Shown: positions 29,979-42,489, numbered from the stretch's first letter. The stretch is DNA of 64,000 bases from Chloropicon primus (GCA_023205875.1 CP060762.1:558001-622000), one strand, 5' to 3'. Notes: generated by a model not told the origin, from the sequence alone. Made by a program: numbers and translations.

Positions 29979-30735
29979 GTTCACGCTTGTGTCCCGCCGT
30001 CTCTTGTGCTCCCTCCTCCTCCCTTGATAGTTCAAGCTCTCCTCCTGTCTAGGGCCTCTCTCACTTGGTCAAGTCAAGTGACCTACAATTCCAACGCCAA
30101 GGAAAGGAAAGGGTCCACCACCTTTGCTGCCACACTAGCGACGCGTCTCACCCTCTCTTGGCCATAAAACTCCAAACCTCTCCTCGCTCTACACACCAAG
30201 CCCTTCTGTCTGGACACACAAACCCAAAGCAGAGACCAAGTTAGGTGACTGTCCAAGAGACCGTCAAGAGACCGAGAGAAGGCTGTTGTCCATGGAGAGA
30301 CAGGTCCCAAGACCAGGACCAAGATGAATCTTTGGCCCCTTCCTTCCTCTCCACCTCGATCTTGTTCGCACAAACCTCCCTCCTGTGTGACTTACCTCGA
30401 GAGCCAGAGCTTGAGCTCCTCTCCACCTTGTCCTTGGGATGAGCAGCACGTGAGAGGGGGGTCGTGTCACTGATGGAGGGAATGGCGTACGAGGGAGGAC
30501 TGAGGACGGAGGACTGAGGAGGTTGCGAAACATCGCGAAAGTGCGTCTCGAGATCTTTCCATCGGTGTGTCACTTGACCCCATCGCGTGGTCCTTTGTCT
30601 TGAAATCCATCCTGGGAAAGGGGAGTGCTGACAGACAGAGATGGAGGAGGAAGCAAGCGAGGAGAGAGAGAGAGAGAGAGAGAGGGGTGAGAGGGGATGA
30701 AGGAAGGGTTGGAGTGCTGAAGGAGGGAGGCAGAG

Positions 30736-32223
30736 ATGGAGGAGCCCGGGATTTGCGGAGAGGGGTTAGCCTTGAGGTCGGGAACGGACGGAACCCTCGA
30801 CGACGTCAGCGATGACCAGCAGACGGACATCTCGAGAATCATGCACGCTGCGATAGCCGAGAAGGTATTCCCTGGAGGCGTGGTGTGCTATGGGAAGCTG
30901 AGCCCTGACGGAAAGGTCTTGCTTAGTGGCACGGAAGCGTTTGGAACGCTCACCTTCGAATCGAACGTCCCTGTGCAATCGGACTCCGTCTTCGATTTGG
31001 CTTCGCTCACCAAGGTGCTGGTGACGTCCACTGCGGTTCTTCTCCTCGTCCAGAAGGGTGATCTGGAACTGGACGGCCTGGTGAGTCAGTATCTTCCAGA
31101 GTTCGGGGTGAACGGCAAGGAGTCCGTCACGATAAGACACCTCCTGACCCACACGGCGGGCCTCAAGGCCTGGTACAACTTCAACGCGATGGGCCTCGAC
31201 ACCAAGGAGAAGGTCGTGGACTTTGTGCTTCAGGCTCCGTTAGTCTATGCCCCTGGCGCCGAATACTGGTATAGTGACCTGTCCATGATTGTTTTAGGTG
31301 TCATCGTGGAGAAGATTTCCGGACAGCCCCTGGACGGGTACGCCAAGGAGTTCATCCTCCGGCCGCTCGGAATGGAGTCCAGCGGGTACTACCGACCGGT
31401 GAGCACCACCGAGGCGGGGGAAGAGCCCGAGACACCGATGCCGACGAACATTGTGCCTACCGAAGTGGACACGAAAGTGAGGGAGAGGCTCCTTTGGGGT
31501 GAGGTGCACGACCTGAACGCTTACCTCATGGGTGGGGTGGCCGGCCACGCGGGGTTGTTCTCAAACGCCTTGGACATCTCAAAATTTTGCTCTGCCGTCT
31601 TGCGGAAGGGACTCATCGAAGGGGCGGCCGGGGGAAGGTTGTACTCGGAGAGCTCTTCTTCCCTGTTCCTCTCGAGGCTCTCGGATTCGTCGCCTTACGG
31701 ATTCGGTTGGAACCTCTACGGCGAGCCACGGAGGAAGGACACGGAGGAGAAAGCGGTGGAGGAAGAGGCTCAGCCCCAGCCCCCCCCACCCGCCGGTGCA
31801 GAGAAAGCGGGGGAGAGAGAGGAAAGGACCGAGAAACGCCCAGAACCGATCCCTTACCGGTCGGGGGGCAGGTTTCTGAGCCAGGAAGCAGTGGGCCACA
31901 CCGGCTTCACCGGAACGTCGATCTGGCTGGACCCAGCCAAGAACTTTTACGTGATTCTCCTCACCAACGCCGTGCACCCCAACTCCCTGAGCGAGAGCGG
32001 GGACAAAATCAAGCAAGTGAGGCCAGCCATCGCAGAGGCTGCTTTCCGCCTGTGCTTTCCCGAGGAAGAAGGCCTCGAGGAGGTCGACCGAAAACCGCTC
32101 CTTCCCCCGGGGAGTGACAAGGTTGGCAGCATCTCCAGCGGCGCCATTCGCATGCAACGGCATTGGAGGCAAGTCAGGGATATCACCTGCTTCCTTGCTG
32201 TGTGCTTGTGGTCCACCCTGTAA
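30736..32223 (+). CDS. Serine hydrolase, beta-lactamase class C/AmiE-like family
   Basis: FDLASLTK (SxxK), LLTHTAG, YSD, GEVHD.NA..MGGVAGHAGLFS and GHTGFTGT. Confidence 0.88.
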   Translation: MEEPGICGEGLALRSGTDGTLDDVSDDQQTDISRIMHAAIAEKVFPGGVVCYGKLSPDGKVLLSGTEAFGTLTFESNVPVQSDSVFDLASLTKVLVTSTAVLLLVQKGDLELDGLVSQYLPEFGVNGKESVTIRHLLTHTAGLKAWYNFNAMGLDTKEKVVDFVLQAPLVYAPGAEYWYSDLSMIVLGVIVEKISGQPLDGYAKEFILRPLGMESSGYYRPVSTTEAGEEPETPMPTNIVPTEVDTKVRERLLWGEVHDLNAYLMGGVAGHAGLFSNALDISKFCSAVLRKGLIEGAAGGRLYSESSSSLFLSRLSDSSPYGFGWNLYGEPRRKDTEEKAVEEEAQPQPPPPAGAEKAGEREERTEKRPEPIPYRSGGRFLSQEAVGHTGFTGTSIWLDPAKNFYVILLTNAVHPNSLSESGDKIKQVRPAIAEAAFRLCFPEEEGLEEVDRKPLLPPGSDKVGSISSGAIRMQRHWRQVRDITCFLAVCLWSTL

Positions 32224-32295
32224 AGCCTTTGTAATCGTAATCGACCTGGCTCTCACATCACAACCAAACTCTCGTCTCCTCTCTGTCAATCCGCA

Positions 32296-32599
32296 ATGGA
32301 CCCGCCGTCTGAAGACCAGAACGTGAAGGTGACGACGTGGTACACGTGCGCCCGCTGCGGTGCGGACACCGCGATACGAAGGGACGTTATCCTCGGCTCG
32401 CTGGGCAAGCAAGCGCAGTGCTTGGTGAGTCCTTCCCCTTTCCCTTCCCTCCCGGCGGGGCGATTGTGGCCTCCTTGTCGAGCTAGAGCTAACCCTCTGT
32501 CTCTCTCGTCTCTCGCTTGCTCCTCTTCGCCAGGCGTGTGGCTGCGAAATATTGTACAAGAAGAGGACGAAGCGCGTCCAGATGCATCTCGCCCGCTAG
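32296..32599 (+). CDS. RPB12: RNA polymerase shared subunit RPB12-like; exons 32296-32424 and 32534-32599
   Basis: Spliced product YTCARCG...QCLACGCEILYKKRTKRVQMHLAR*. GTGAGT/CTAAC/CAG intron. Confidence 0.85.
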
Positions 32600-32699
32600 A
32601 CCCTGCAACTCGCCCGCCCACCGGCGTTGGTTTTGGCTCCAACGCCTGCTCTGCTTCGCCAGGCGTTGGCCGTAACGCTCGTGGACTTCGGCGACGACG

Positions 32700-35421
32700 A
32701 TGGAGGGGGTTGGTGCCCGAGGGGGAAGGGTCGGAGGGACGACGGCGGGCGTAGCATCCGCTCTGGAGGCGGCGGCAGACTCGTGCGCGGGTTCCCGCCC
32801 GAACGAGGGTCACGGCCCCGGCAAGCAGACGCGGCTTGAGGAAGTTGTGGCGAGGGCCATCAGGGGGACGATGGACGCCCTCGAGGAGGAGAGGACAGAC
32901 GCCGAGATTCTGGTGAGGGAGATCGAGGAGTCCCTCCGGAGCCTTGACACTGTGGGCGAGAACGCCAACTTGTGGGTCTCGACGCCGATCCGAAGCTGCA
33001 TGAACAAGCTGAGCCTGCTCGACACGCACAACTTGGACCAGCAGCAGAGGGCCACCCTAAACTTGCTCGCAGCCTGCCACAGGAACCTCAAAGAGGTCTG
33101 GAACGACTTGAGGGAGTGCGTCATCCTCGAGAAGCGGGCAGGAAAGGCGACGGAGTCCATGCGAAGGATCATGGATGTCCAAGAGGAGGGGAGTTATCGG
33201 TCGAGGGCTGTTAGGCTCTGCCCAGAGGAGAGCGAAGGCGATTCCGGGCCGCCGCCGTCGCGCCAAGGTTTGAGCCAAGCTGATTCACTCCGTCTCAGCG
33301 TGTGCAGTGATGAGGCGGACGACCTCCGGCAAAGGAGCATTCTTCTGAAAGCCTACGTCAGGCTGATGAGAGCGCCTGCGAGCCCCAATCTGGTCAAGGC
33401 TCTGAAGCAATGCTTCGCCGACGGGCGCGGCTGTTACTCTGAGTTTGACACTCTTGCCCACGGCTGGCTGGAGGAGTGGACCCACCTGACTACAATTATG
33501 GAGGCGGTATTCCGAGCGTACTTCTCCATAGCAACGCAGAACCCAGGATTACTGCTGGAGTGCATGAAGGTGGTGGAAGTTCACGAGAATGTCGCCGCGG
33601 ATTATCATAGGGCGTGCCAGCGCATAGAGAAGAGCGGCGTGTTGGCCTCGAAAGAGGAGAAGGATGCCGTCCTCTTGCACAGCATGATGCCCGTGCTCTT
33701 GGAGGCCGGCCACGCCTCCAGATCCACCCCTCGGCCAGCGGCAGGCAAGAGCCCGAACCAAGTGCATGACAACCTGGTGGACCTGTTTGTGAAAACGGTG
33801 AGCAGCAGTATCAAGAAGCGAGTCGTGGAGGTGGCGCGACAAGCATTTTACGAGGAGACGTCCGGCGATACGAGGAGCTTGGTGCTGGATGCCCTGGTGG
33901 AGGACTTGTACACGCACCACGAGGACATTAATGTCCTGTGTCCAGAAAGGTTCAATATGGCGATGACGGTGTGCACAATGTACAGCGAGCACCTTGCGAG
34001 CTGCCTGAGAGATTTGTTGAGGGAAATTCAAGGCAGCCGGGGGCAGTCGGGAGCCGGCGGAGCTGGTCAAGACATCAGCTTCTCAAACGCAGATATCCTC
34101 TCCTTGATCACTTGGATCGAGAGATTCATCTCGGCAACGCTGAAGATTTCACTTACGAAGAGGAGAAGCTTCAAGACGGAGCAAGATCTCCAAAGCGGTC
34201 AAGTGAGTGACACCCTGAATGGAGAGCTGTTGTCTCAACTCGATATATTCCGAAAATTGTACGTCAGGAGAGCCTGTGCAAAGCTAAGGGAGTGGATGCA
34301 AGGAATACTGAGCAAGGAGACCCTCTGCCTGAAGGAGCTGACGCCGGAGCAGGCCGAGAAGATGTCCACCCCTCTGATATCAGCGGGACCCATTGACGTG
34401 TTCTCTGCAGTCCAGTCCGAGTTGCACACCATGCTTGAGGAGGTATCAGACCCGACCCTTGCTGCCTGGTCCGCAAGCTCCATAGCAGAGTTGATCTTGG
34501 AACACTCCGAGGATTTTGAGAATGTAGTCGAAGATATTGAATACGACGAACAGCGATACAAGGGAGGATCGGACTCCTTGGAGAGATCCAACTCCTCGCC
34601 GGCTGTGTTTGCGAAATCGATCCCTCCTTTTCTCGGGAGACTGGCGGTTGCTGAGCCTCACCACCAGACTCTCGAAACGAATCAGGTCACGGTGGAGCAG
34701 TACTGCATCGTAGCGAACAGCTGCGCTGTCTACCACAAGGAAGCGAGCGAGGTCGTGCGGCTCGTGGAAGCAAAATTAGGTGTTTGGGACTTATCCTCGA
34801 CGAGCTCGGCAACGTCCATCGTTTTGAGGGACGCACAGAGAAGTGTGAAGAGGTTTGAGAACCTCATGAAGAGCTCCATCGTCCGATTCCAGAGGTCCAG
34901 CAACCTGTCGATCAATTTCTTGGTGAAACTCGTTCTTCAGGACATCGATCAGACGCTGCTGGACCTGTTCGGGGAGTCATGGCTAGCGGAAGGCAACAGA
35001 TGCATCGAGACTTGCTGTGCAACTTTCCACGACTACTGCATCGACATCGCCGAGTACTTGCAGCCAGGCGTGTACACCGAGTTTCTTAGAGCTCTCTTTG
35101 ACCGTTTCGTGAATTACTATCTCTCGGGTAAGTTCGAGGCAGAGACTAGACTAGAATTCGAAGCTAATACGCATACTGAACTTTCTATTTTCTTCCGTCC
35201 AATACAATTCTTCAGGTTTATACTCTTGTTATTCAGATGGACGCGTGGAGGCCAACTGGAAGAAACCTGTGAAGAGAGACGTCAAAATCGCAACGGAGTG
35301 CGCCTCGGTCTTGGTTTCTCTTGGTGGATCTGGGTTGTGTGACACAAGTATCGTGTCAAAAGGCATCAAAGACGGCCTGAAAACAATTGTTGGCGAGTTG
35401 GCAAAGATGATCAAGACCTAG
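32700..35421 (+). CDS. SEC6: Exocyst subunit Sec6/EXOC3-like; intron ~35128-35215
   Basis: Helical protein with GPIDVF, YCIVAN and LVLQDI...LFGESW...IETCCATFHDY segments resembling the Sec6 C-terminal domain. Confidence 0.65.
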
Positions 35422-35453
35422 CTAATAACAGATTTCAATTTCAAAGGCATTGA

Positions 35454-37246
35454 TCACTGCAGCTGGTAGACGCAGCGCTGCTGCCTCCTATTTCCTGCCG
35501 CCAGTGTCCTGGTGTGCAAGCGGTGCAGCAGCATTGGAATCGGATTACCGGCCCTGAGGTCGTAGGACTCGAAATTTGGTGTCATATAAAACATTCCCGC
35601 AACACACTCGCCGTGAATCACCTCGAGCGTGTCCAAGTGCTGCGGCTCCGCTGCATCCCCCTTGCTTTCCCCTTGGAGCATGTCTCTTCTCACCCCTCCC
35701 TTGCTGATCAGGAAGTTGACCCTGTCCCTAAACTTCTTTCCGCTCCTGCGTAGTGCTCTCCTCCATCTCGGCAACTTTTGCCTCCACTTGATGCCAGAGA
35801 ACCCATTCGAAACGTAGCCCAAACCCAAGAGGGGGTAGTTTCGGTGACTCAAGAGGGACTCGTCGCTCGCTTCGAAGACGGAGGCGTTGAGCAGAGGCTT
35901 TCCCATGTTCGTCATCCCGAATGTGCCAAGCTGAATGCTGGTCCTCTTGCCGTACTTGTCCGGTGGCGCTACGACCATCAGGTCCACCGCGTCTTCCTGC
36001 CCTAGCAGCTCCGAGGACAACGACTGCGGAACGGAGCCAAAAGAAGCGAACCTCCCAAGGTTGAAGACGTCATATTCTCGCGGGATCATCGACTCGTGAC
36101 CACCATCCGGCTTCTGAAAATCGAAGACGAACTCCGCCCCGACCCTTACGTACTCTTTCTGGCACCTCAGCAAGTGCTTTCTCACTCCTCGGACCGCCGC
36201 GATGCAGGCGTCCTGGGCCTTCACCAAAGCAGGCATCTTCCAGCCAGTGCCGCTGGTTTGCTCCATGTCGACTGTGCCATGCTTCGGCTCATGGAACAAG
36301 ACTCTTGGCAGCGGTATTCCAAACAAACCCTCGTATAGAACGTCTGAACCCTCCAGCTTCTCGAAGGCTTCCTTGAGCACCGCTTCGGCGCTCCCGCCCT
36401 TTTTCCCTCCCAGAGCGTCAATGATGCTCCTCTTCCACTCCCTGTAGGCAATGGGCTTGGTCGTGGTCGCGCACACCGCCAGACCAAGGTCTCCGGCGTG
36501 GTCCAGGACGTAGTCCTTGGGCCCCGTGGCCCCTCCAGAGCCCGCGTTGTAGAGGGCAGTGGGGTTGCACTTCCCCCGCCCGAACTCTTTGCTAATTTCT
36601 CGTGACGTCGCTTCCGGATCGCACCACAGCGCCACCGACACGCACCCGTCCTTGAACAAGTTTGCTCCCACGCACTCCCTCCGCTTTCCCTTGCTGGTGC
36701 GCTGGAGAACCCTCTTGGACATTTCATCACTGCTCCAAGCAGCTTCGTCCTCCGTCGTGCTCATGGACGTGAACGAGCCCAGACCGCCGCCCTTCTTCCC
36801 GATGGATGACTTCCCGAGGAGTGCCTCCTCGAACGTCGCATCCTCCTCCGTCCCGCCGAACCAATCCGTCCACAGGAGGTCCTCGGCGCTCAGCTGCGAG
36901 CTGCAAAACAAAACAAAACAAAAACAAAACAAAACAAAAACGTTCTTTAGTTCAGTTTCCTTCCATGCACGCTTCACCGAAAGAGAGAGCCGAGTCGTAA
37001 CGTGTCGTGAAGATTCCCCTCGTCCAACGAAGCGTCCCGCAGCTCCGCTTCCCTCCCTCCCACTCCCTCTGCAACTCAACCTTACCTGTACAAGGACCTC
37101 GTGTCCCAGAGGTCTTCCTGCTCGGCAGTCATCGTCTCCGTCGTGTCAAACCTTGCAATGTTGGTACCATTCGAATGAAAAACATCTTGTGAGTGTTGTG
37201 CCATCCCTTCCGCCTCGCTTCGTCCCTCCTCGCCCGCCGTAGCCAT
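35454..37246 (-). CDS. Hypothetical protein; 2 exons (intron ~37085-36901)
   Basis: Long ORF joined in frame to an upstream ATG exon through GTAAGG...TTTTGCAG. Confidence 0.7.
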
Positions 37247-37498
37247 CACGAGACCCCGATCCCGATCGAGTCCAACCGCCGACACGACAGCTCTCTGCCC
37301 TCGGATAAGATTGCAGACTTTTTTGGAGGACGAGGGAGGAGGAGGTGAATGGGTGGGTTTTTGGAGCGATGAGGAGGGAGACACGAGGGGGTTCAGGGGA
37401 GGAACAAGGTCTTGAAGGATACTACGTCTCACAGGCTTTCATTTAAGTGCTCACTTGGTGTTACCATGTAACTGACACTCTCTGACCAAAGACAGATA

Positions 37499-37513
37499 AC
37501 AGAAGAGAGAGAG

Positions 37514-37545
<32 letters not shown>

Positions 37546-38025
37546 CACCCTTCCCCTCGATCGATGGGTACATGGAAAGAGCAAGGGCAATGGCTCCACC
37601 TAATCTTGCTTGATCTTGCTTGATCTTGCCTCCCGTCCTCGTCCTCGTCCTCCAACCCTCTCCCATCCATGTTGACGAGGTAACAGACACCAAGGGAGGC
37701 AGACAGAAGAGAGAGAGAGTGTGGCTCCACCTAATCTTGCTTGATGTTGCCTCCCGTCCTCGTCCTCCACCCAACCCTCTCCCATCCATGTTGACGAGGT
37801 AACAGACACCAAGGGAGGCAGACAGAAGAGAGAGAGAGAGTGTGTGTGTGTGTGTGTGTGTGTGTGCACCCTTCCCCTCGATCGATGGGTACATGGAAAG
37901 AGCAAGGGCAATGGCTCCACCTAATCTTGCTTGATCTTGCTTGATGTTGCCTCCCGTCCTCGTCCTCGTCCTCCAACCCTCTCCCATCCATGTTGACGAG
38001 GTAACAGACACCAAGGGAGGCAGAC
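37499..38025. repeat. Composite tandem repeat (three related units) with (GA)n(GT)n microsatellite heads
   Basis: tggctccacctaatcttgcttgat...ccatgttgacgaggtaacagacaccaagggaggcagac occurs three times; the middle copy has an internal deletion. Confidence 0.9.
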
Positions 38026-38255
38026 GAAAGGACGCCGTCCTCGCGCGAGAACGAGAGAGAGAGAGAGAGAGAGGGAAACGCAGAGCAAGGGCGGGAAGGG
38101 GCGTCGGAAGAGGGGGGAGAGAGTCGTGAAGTTGAGAGGATTATCTTATCCTCTTTCGAACAAGCCGTCGCACGAAAGAAACGACGCAGTGGTCGAGGAT
38201 TTGAAGCGAGGAAGGGACTCATTCACTCGACAGAGAGAGGGAGAGAGAGAGAAGG

Positions 38256-39624
38256 ATGGAGCTGGGAGGGGTAAGGGACATGAGGATCGAGGACGTGGAC
38301 GTGGACGTGGAACTGGAGGACGCGGAACTCGTGGAGGACAACGAAGTGGAGCAACCTCCGAAAAAGAACGACGGGGCGGAACCTAAACCGAGCACGAGTC
38401 GCCATCGTCACCACCACCCGCGTCAAGTTGTGGAAAGGGAAGGGAGAGAGAGGGCCGCTCCGTCGGAGAAGAGGGTCAGCAGCAAGGAGAGGAGGGAGAG
38501 GAAGGAGTCCAGCAGTGACAGCAGCAACGACACCCTCGGGGCGAGCAACTTCGAGGAGCTCCGGGTGCTCGAGCACAACCGCACCATAGGAGAGTTCGAC
38601 TGGTGGGGTCTCTCGAGCAAGCGTGACTGGGTTAGAATTGGAAAGGGCGGCTACGGCTGCGTCTACAAGGTGAGTGCGAGAGCAAACCCTTCCATTCCAT
38701 TCCCTTCCTCCGCGAAGATGATTTCTTTCTTTCCTCTCCCTTGTCATTCTCCTCCTCCGCTCGCTTGCTTGGAGGAGGAAGCAAGTCTAACTCGGTTGCA
38801 CCAACCTCCCTTTGCTCCGCGTGCTTCCCTCCTCGCAGGCTAAGTGGTATGGCAAGACGGTTGCGATCAAGGAGGCCCGAGTGAACAGCAAAGGCAGCGC
38901 GAAGAGGGCTCTGGAGAGAGAGGTGGAACACCTGAGCAAGATCCACCACCCCAACGTCATACACATCTTCGGTTGGTTCTCGAGGAAGAACGCCATGTAT
39001 CTCGTGATGGAGTACGTCCCGCACTGTCTCAGGGACGACTGGACTGCGAGCAGGGTGGACATGCTTCGGATTATGCTTCAGGTGGCTCGGTCTCTCTTCT
39101 TCCTTCACAGGAAGGGCATCGTGCACAGGGACATAAAGACGAGGAATATCTGCGTCACGGCTGACTACAAGGTGGCCAAGCTCATCGACTTTGGCCTGGC
39201 CGCCAGCATCCACAGCCCGACGAAGGAGCTCATGAGGAAGGTGGGGACGAAGAAGTACAGGGCGCCGGAAGTGAACGGCACGACCATTCAAGGCTTTGGT
39301 GTCGATATTTACAGTTACGGCGCCATGCTTCTGAGGATCTGCAACGACTTTTCGGACATGAGCACGGATTACTCCCACGTCACGAAAATTTTGCAGCCCC
39401 TGGCCACCTCCTGCCTGGACCCCAACCCGAGGAACCGCCCCACGTCGTACGAGATCCTCAAGTACCTCCACGACTGCCTCCACAGGAACATGTCGATGAA
39501 GGAGCCCTTCATCAACAGCATGGTCCAGGAGCTCAAGGAGAACTGTTTGGGCCTCGGCAGAGCAGTCGCCTTGAGAGAGGACCCTGATTTCCCTCAGCTT
39601 AAAAAGAGTAAGACTGTCCTGTGA
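38256..39624 (+). CDS. Protein kinase (Ser/Thr, TKL-like); intron 38670-38838
   Basis: IGKGGYGCVYK, VAIK, HRDIKTRN, DFG, YRAPE, DIYSYG. Confidence 0.92.
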
Positions 39625-39673
39625 CCTGTCATCCACCATCCTTTTTTCCCTTTTCCTCCCCCTCCCCCAATGA

Positions 39674-40423
39674 ATGAAGGTCTCTCTCAGCAGGATGAAG
39701 GCGAGGTCGTGGGTGGTGGCCGTGGTAGCCGCAGTGGCGGTGGCGACGCCTCTTCTCACCCGCTACCTCGAGAGGGCCTTCCTCGAGAGCGGAACTCGGA
39801 TCGAACCACGAGGGGAAGGAAGCATCTGTGTCGTTCTGGGCTTTGCTCTGCACAAGGATGGCTCCCCTACTCCAGATCTCCGGGACAGGGTGAGGCAAGG
39901 CCTCCACCTCTTCGAGCGCGGAGCGGTTGGTTCCATCGTGTTCAGTGGGGGTCACCCGGGTGGAGGCCTCCGAGGGAACAAGTCCGAAGCGGAGGTGATG
40001 GCCACGTACGCCAAGGGGCTCCGCCTTGGAAGGGAGGGTCACTCCTCCTACTACTACTCCTACTCCCTGCTGGTGGATGAGGATGACGACCAGTGGTTCC
40101 TCGAGGAGGAGTCCACTTCAACGAGGACCAACGCCTTGTTCACTATCCGGAAGATCTCGGGGGAAGGGATCGGGGGCAAGACCGAGGGCGGCCTTCGGAT
40201 AGTCGTCGTGACCTCGCCCTTCCATCAGTATAGGTCGGGACTCACCTTCCAGAAGGCGTTTGAGGACCTACGGGCGGAGGCGGAGGCCAAAGGCACTCCC
40301 CTCGGTGGTGAGATGACCTTCAGCGTGGCCAGGATGGAGGAGGGTGAGGCCAGCCACCGCGTGAAGCACGTTCTGCGAGAAGTGGCAGCAATTGTGTGGT
40401 ACAAGCTCAAAGGTTGGATTTAG
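39674..40423 (+). CDS. DUF218/YdcF (ElyC-like) family protein with N-terminal anchor
   Basis: VVLG, FSGG, SEAEVM, LEEESTSTRTNA, VVTSPFH..R, LRE. Confidence 0.85.
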   Translation: MKVSLSRMKARSWVVAVVAAVAVATPLLTRYLERAFLESGTRIEPRGEGSICVVLGFALHKDGSPTPDLRDRVRQGLHLFERGAVGSIVFSGGHPGGGLRGNKSEAEVMATYAKGLRLGREGHSSYYYSYSLLVDEDDDQWFLEEESTSTRTNALFTIRKISGEGIGGKTEGGLRIVVVTSPFHQYRSGLTFQKAFEDLRAEAEAKGTPLGGEMTFSVARMEEGEASHRVKHVLREVAAIVWYKLKGWI

Positions 40424-40518
40424 AACGACAGAGTTTGGTTCTGCAGACAAGATGTACAATAACATATATATACTTTTTACCCGTGGTTTTGCAAGCAGCT
40501 GGCGCCCAGGGCCAAAGG

Positions 40519-42489
40519 TCATCCCTCGGCAGGGTCTCGCACCAAAAACAATTCTGTCATGATCATGTCGAACTCCCTCTTGGTCGTGCCGCACTTGACG
40601 AGGAACTCGTTGATTTTGTCCTTTCCCGAGGTGAGGTTGCCCCTCAGCTCCACCACTCTGTTCTCGACCAGAGCCCTGAGGAGGGAGAGGCCCACGATGC
40701 ACCACTCGTCGAAGCTCAGGCTGGTCACGGGGGAATCGAATCTCAAGCACTGGATCGCGCGCATGAGGTCCAATTCGAGGTCGCCGAAACGCGCATGAGA
40801 CCTCGCAGAGATGTTCATCTCTTGGTAAACGTAAGGCAGAACCCTCGAGAGCTGCTCCGCGAAGAGCTTGGCCCTCTGATCATGCTCGCCATCTGCCTCG
40901 CCCTTGCCCCCTCCCCCGCCTTCCGACAGACCCATGTAGGCCTGGTCTAAGAATTTCAGCACCTTTTCAGTGATCACGGTGTTGAGGAAGTTGTACACGG
41001 TGCAGAAGCTGGAGACGAAGGTGAGCTTGTAGTTGTCCAACTGGTTGTTTCCATCAGCCTCCTCGTCACTCGTGTAAAGCATTTCGTCCTCGCCGCCCAT
41101 CTCGGCATCGCAAAACTCCTCCTCGAACTGGTTGGACTCCAAGATAGCTTTCCGCAGAGCCTCCTGCCTCTCGTTCAGGGACGACGATGGGATCAAGCTC
41201 GCCAGGTTGTGCGGCACTTGCAGGATGGGCGCCCCCCCCTCGGGGATCAAAGCCTCCTCCCCCTCCAAAGCCGCCCCACCGTACCCGGCCTCGCCCATCT
41301 CGGCGTCCACGTGGTGGCCGCCCGCCTCACCTTGGGTGCCCTCGGAGCCGCCACCATTCATGACCTTCAAGCGACCGACCTGAATACCCTCCTCCCCATC
41401 TTTCCCCTTTGCCTTTTGGTTCTCAATCTCGAAATAGATCACCGGCTGGTCCCCGCTCGTGAGAGAGGGGGGCGGAGGCGCGCTGCCACGAGGCTGGGTC
41501 GCCTCCCCTCCCCCGGGGGGCGCCTGCACAGCCTTGCTCTCCGCCCCGCCGGGTGCAACAACCCTGGACTCCTCGCCGCCACCGCTCTTCTTCCGAAGTG
41601 GAAATGAGCTCTTGCCCCTCCTCTCAACGACTTGACTCTCCACAGGCCTCCTCCCCGACGGTTTCGGATCTTGGAACGAGACTCTCTTCTTCTTCTTCTT
41701 CTCCTTGACCTGCCTCTCCACGACGACGGCCCTGCCCTTCCCCCTCTGCTGCGCAGCAGCCTTGCTCACCACACCGTTCGCTTCGATGCGGTACCCCGGG
41801 GAGCCCTTGGCGGCGTGAGTTGGAATGTTCACAGCCGGAGCAGAAGGTGCCTCCTTGCCATCGGTGGACGACGGAATCGCCGCGGGAGCTGCCCGAGGGA
41901 CGAAGCAGGCACCGGTCTTCTCATCAAAGTCTATCGTACTCCCAAGGCCCCTCGCGTAATCCTCTGCTGCTACTGCGCATGCCCTCGAGCAGAACTTCGA
42001 AGTCACGTCGAGGAAGTAGACGCGCTTCTCGCGCAAGCTGATGTCGTACTTGGTGTTGTACCTTCTCGTTCCTACCGATCCCGTCTCGTCGTGCGTGTTG
42101 GAAGTCTTGTTCCTGTTGCCACAAGTTGGGAGGGCACAGAGCTTCAGCTCGGACACGCACCGCTCCTCGCAAAGGTCGACGAACTCCTTGGACGTCAAGG
42201 GCAGCGCCTCGAGCTCCTCACGCGTTACCGTCTCGGACGACAGACGCCACACCGCTCCGAACACTGCACCCTTCCTCGCCTCGAGTGCTTCTCTCACCAC
42301 CTCCTCCCTCGTCCTCTTCTCATCCTCTACCTCGTCCTCCACGACAAAGGCAGCAGCGTCCTTGGTGTCCGCGTCGACGGTTCGGCTGCTTCCGACCGTC
42401 TCGACGACCTTGCCCTCCCCTCGATCCTCCTCCTCCTCGCTCTCGCTGCCTCCGTAGCTCAGCGCCGGCAGGAAGGAAGCGGACGCCAT
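40519..42489 (-). CDS. RPAP2: RPAP2/Rtr1 RNA polymerase II CTD phosphatase-like
   Basis: EER....CALPTCGN, KYDISLREKRVY and KFCSRAC zinc-finger motif. Confidence 0.85.
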   Translation of the reverse strand: MASASFLPALSYGGSESEEEEDRGEGKVVETVGSSRTVDADTKDAAAFVVEDEVEDEKRTREEVVREALEARKGAVFGAVWRLSSETVTREELEALPLTSKEFVDLCEERCVSELKLCALPTCGNRNKTSNTHDETGSVGTRRYNTKYDISLREKRVYFLDVTSKFCSRACAVAAEDYARGLGSTIDFDEKTGACFVPRAAPAAIPSSTDGKEAPSAPAVNIPTHAAKGSPGYRIEANGVVSKAAAQQRGKGRAVVVERQVKEKKKKKRVSFQDPKPSGRRPVESQVVERRGKSSFPLRKKSGGGEESRVVAPGGAESKAVQAPPGGGEATQPRGSAPPPPSLTSGDQPVIYFEIENQKAKGKDGEEGIQVGRLKVMNGGGSEGTQGEAGGHHVDAEMGEAGYGGAALEGEEALIPEGGAPILQVPHNLASLIPSSSLNERQEALRKAILESNQFEEEFCDAEMGGEDEMLYTSDEEADGNNQLDNYKLTFVSSFCTVYNFLNTVITEKVLKFLDQAYMGLSEGGGGGKGEADGEHDQRAKLFAEQLSRVLPYVYQEMNISARSHARFGDLELDLMRAIQCLRFDSPVTSLSFDEWCIVGLSLLRALVENRVVELRGNLTSGKDKINEFLVKCGTTKREFDMIMTELFLVRDPAEG

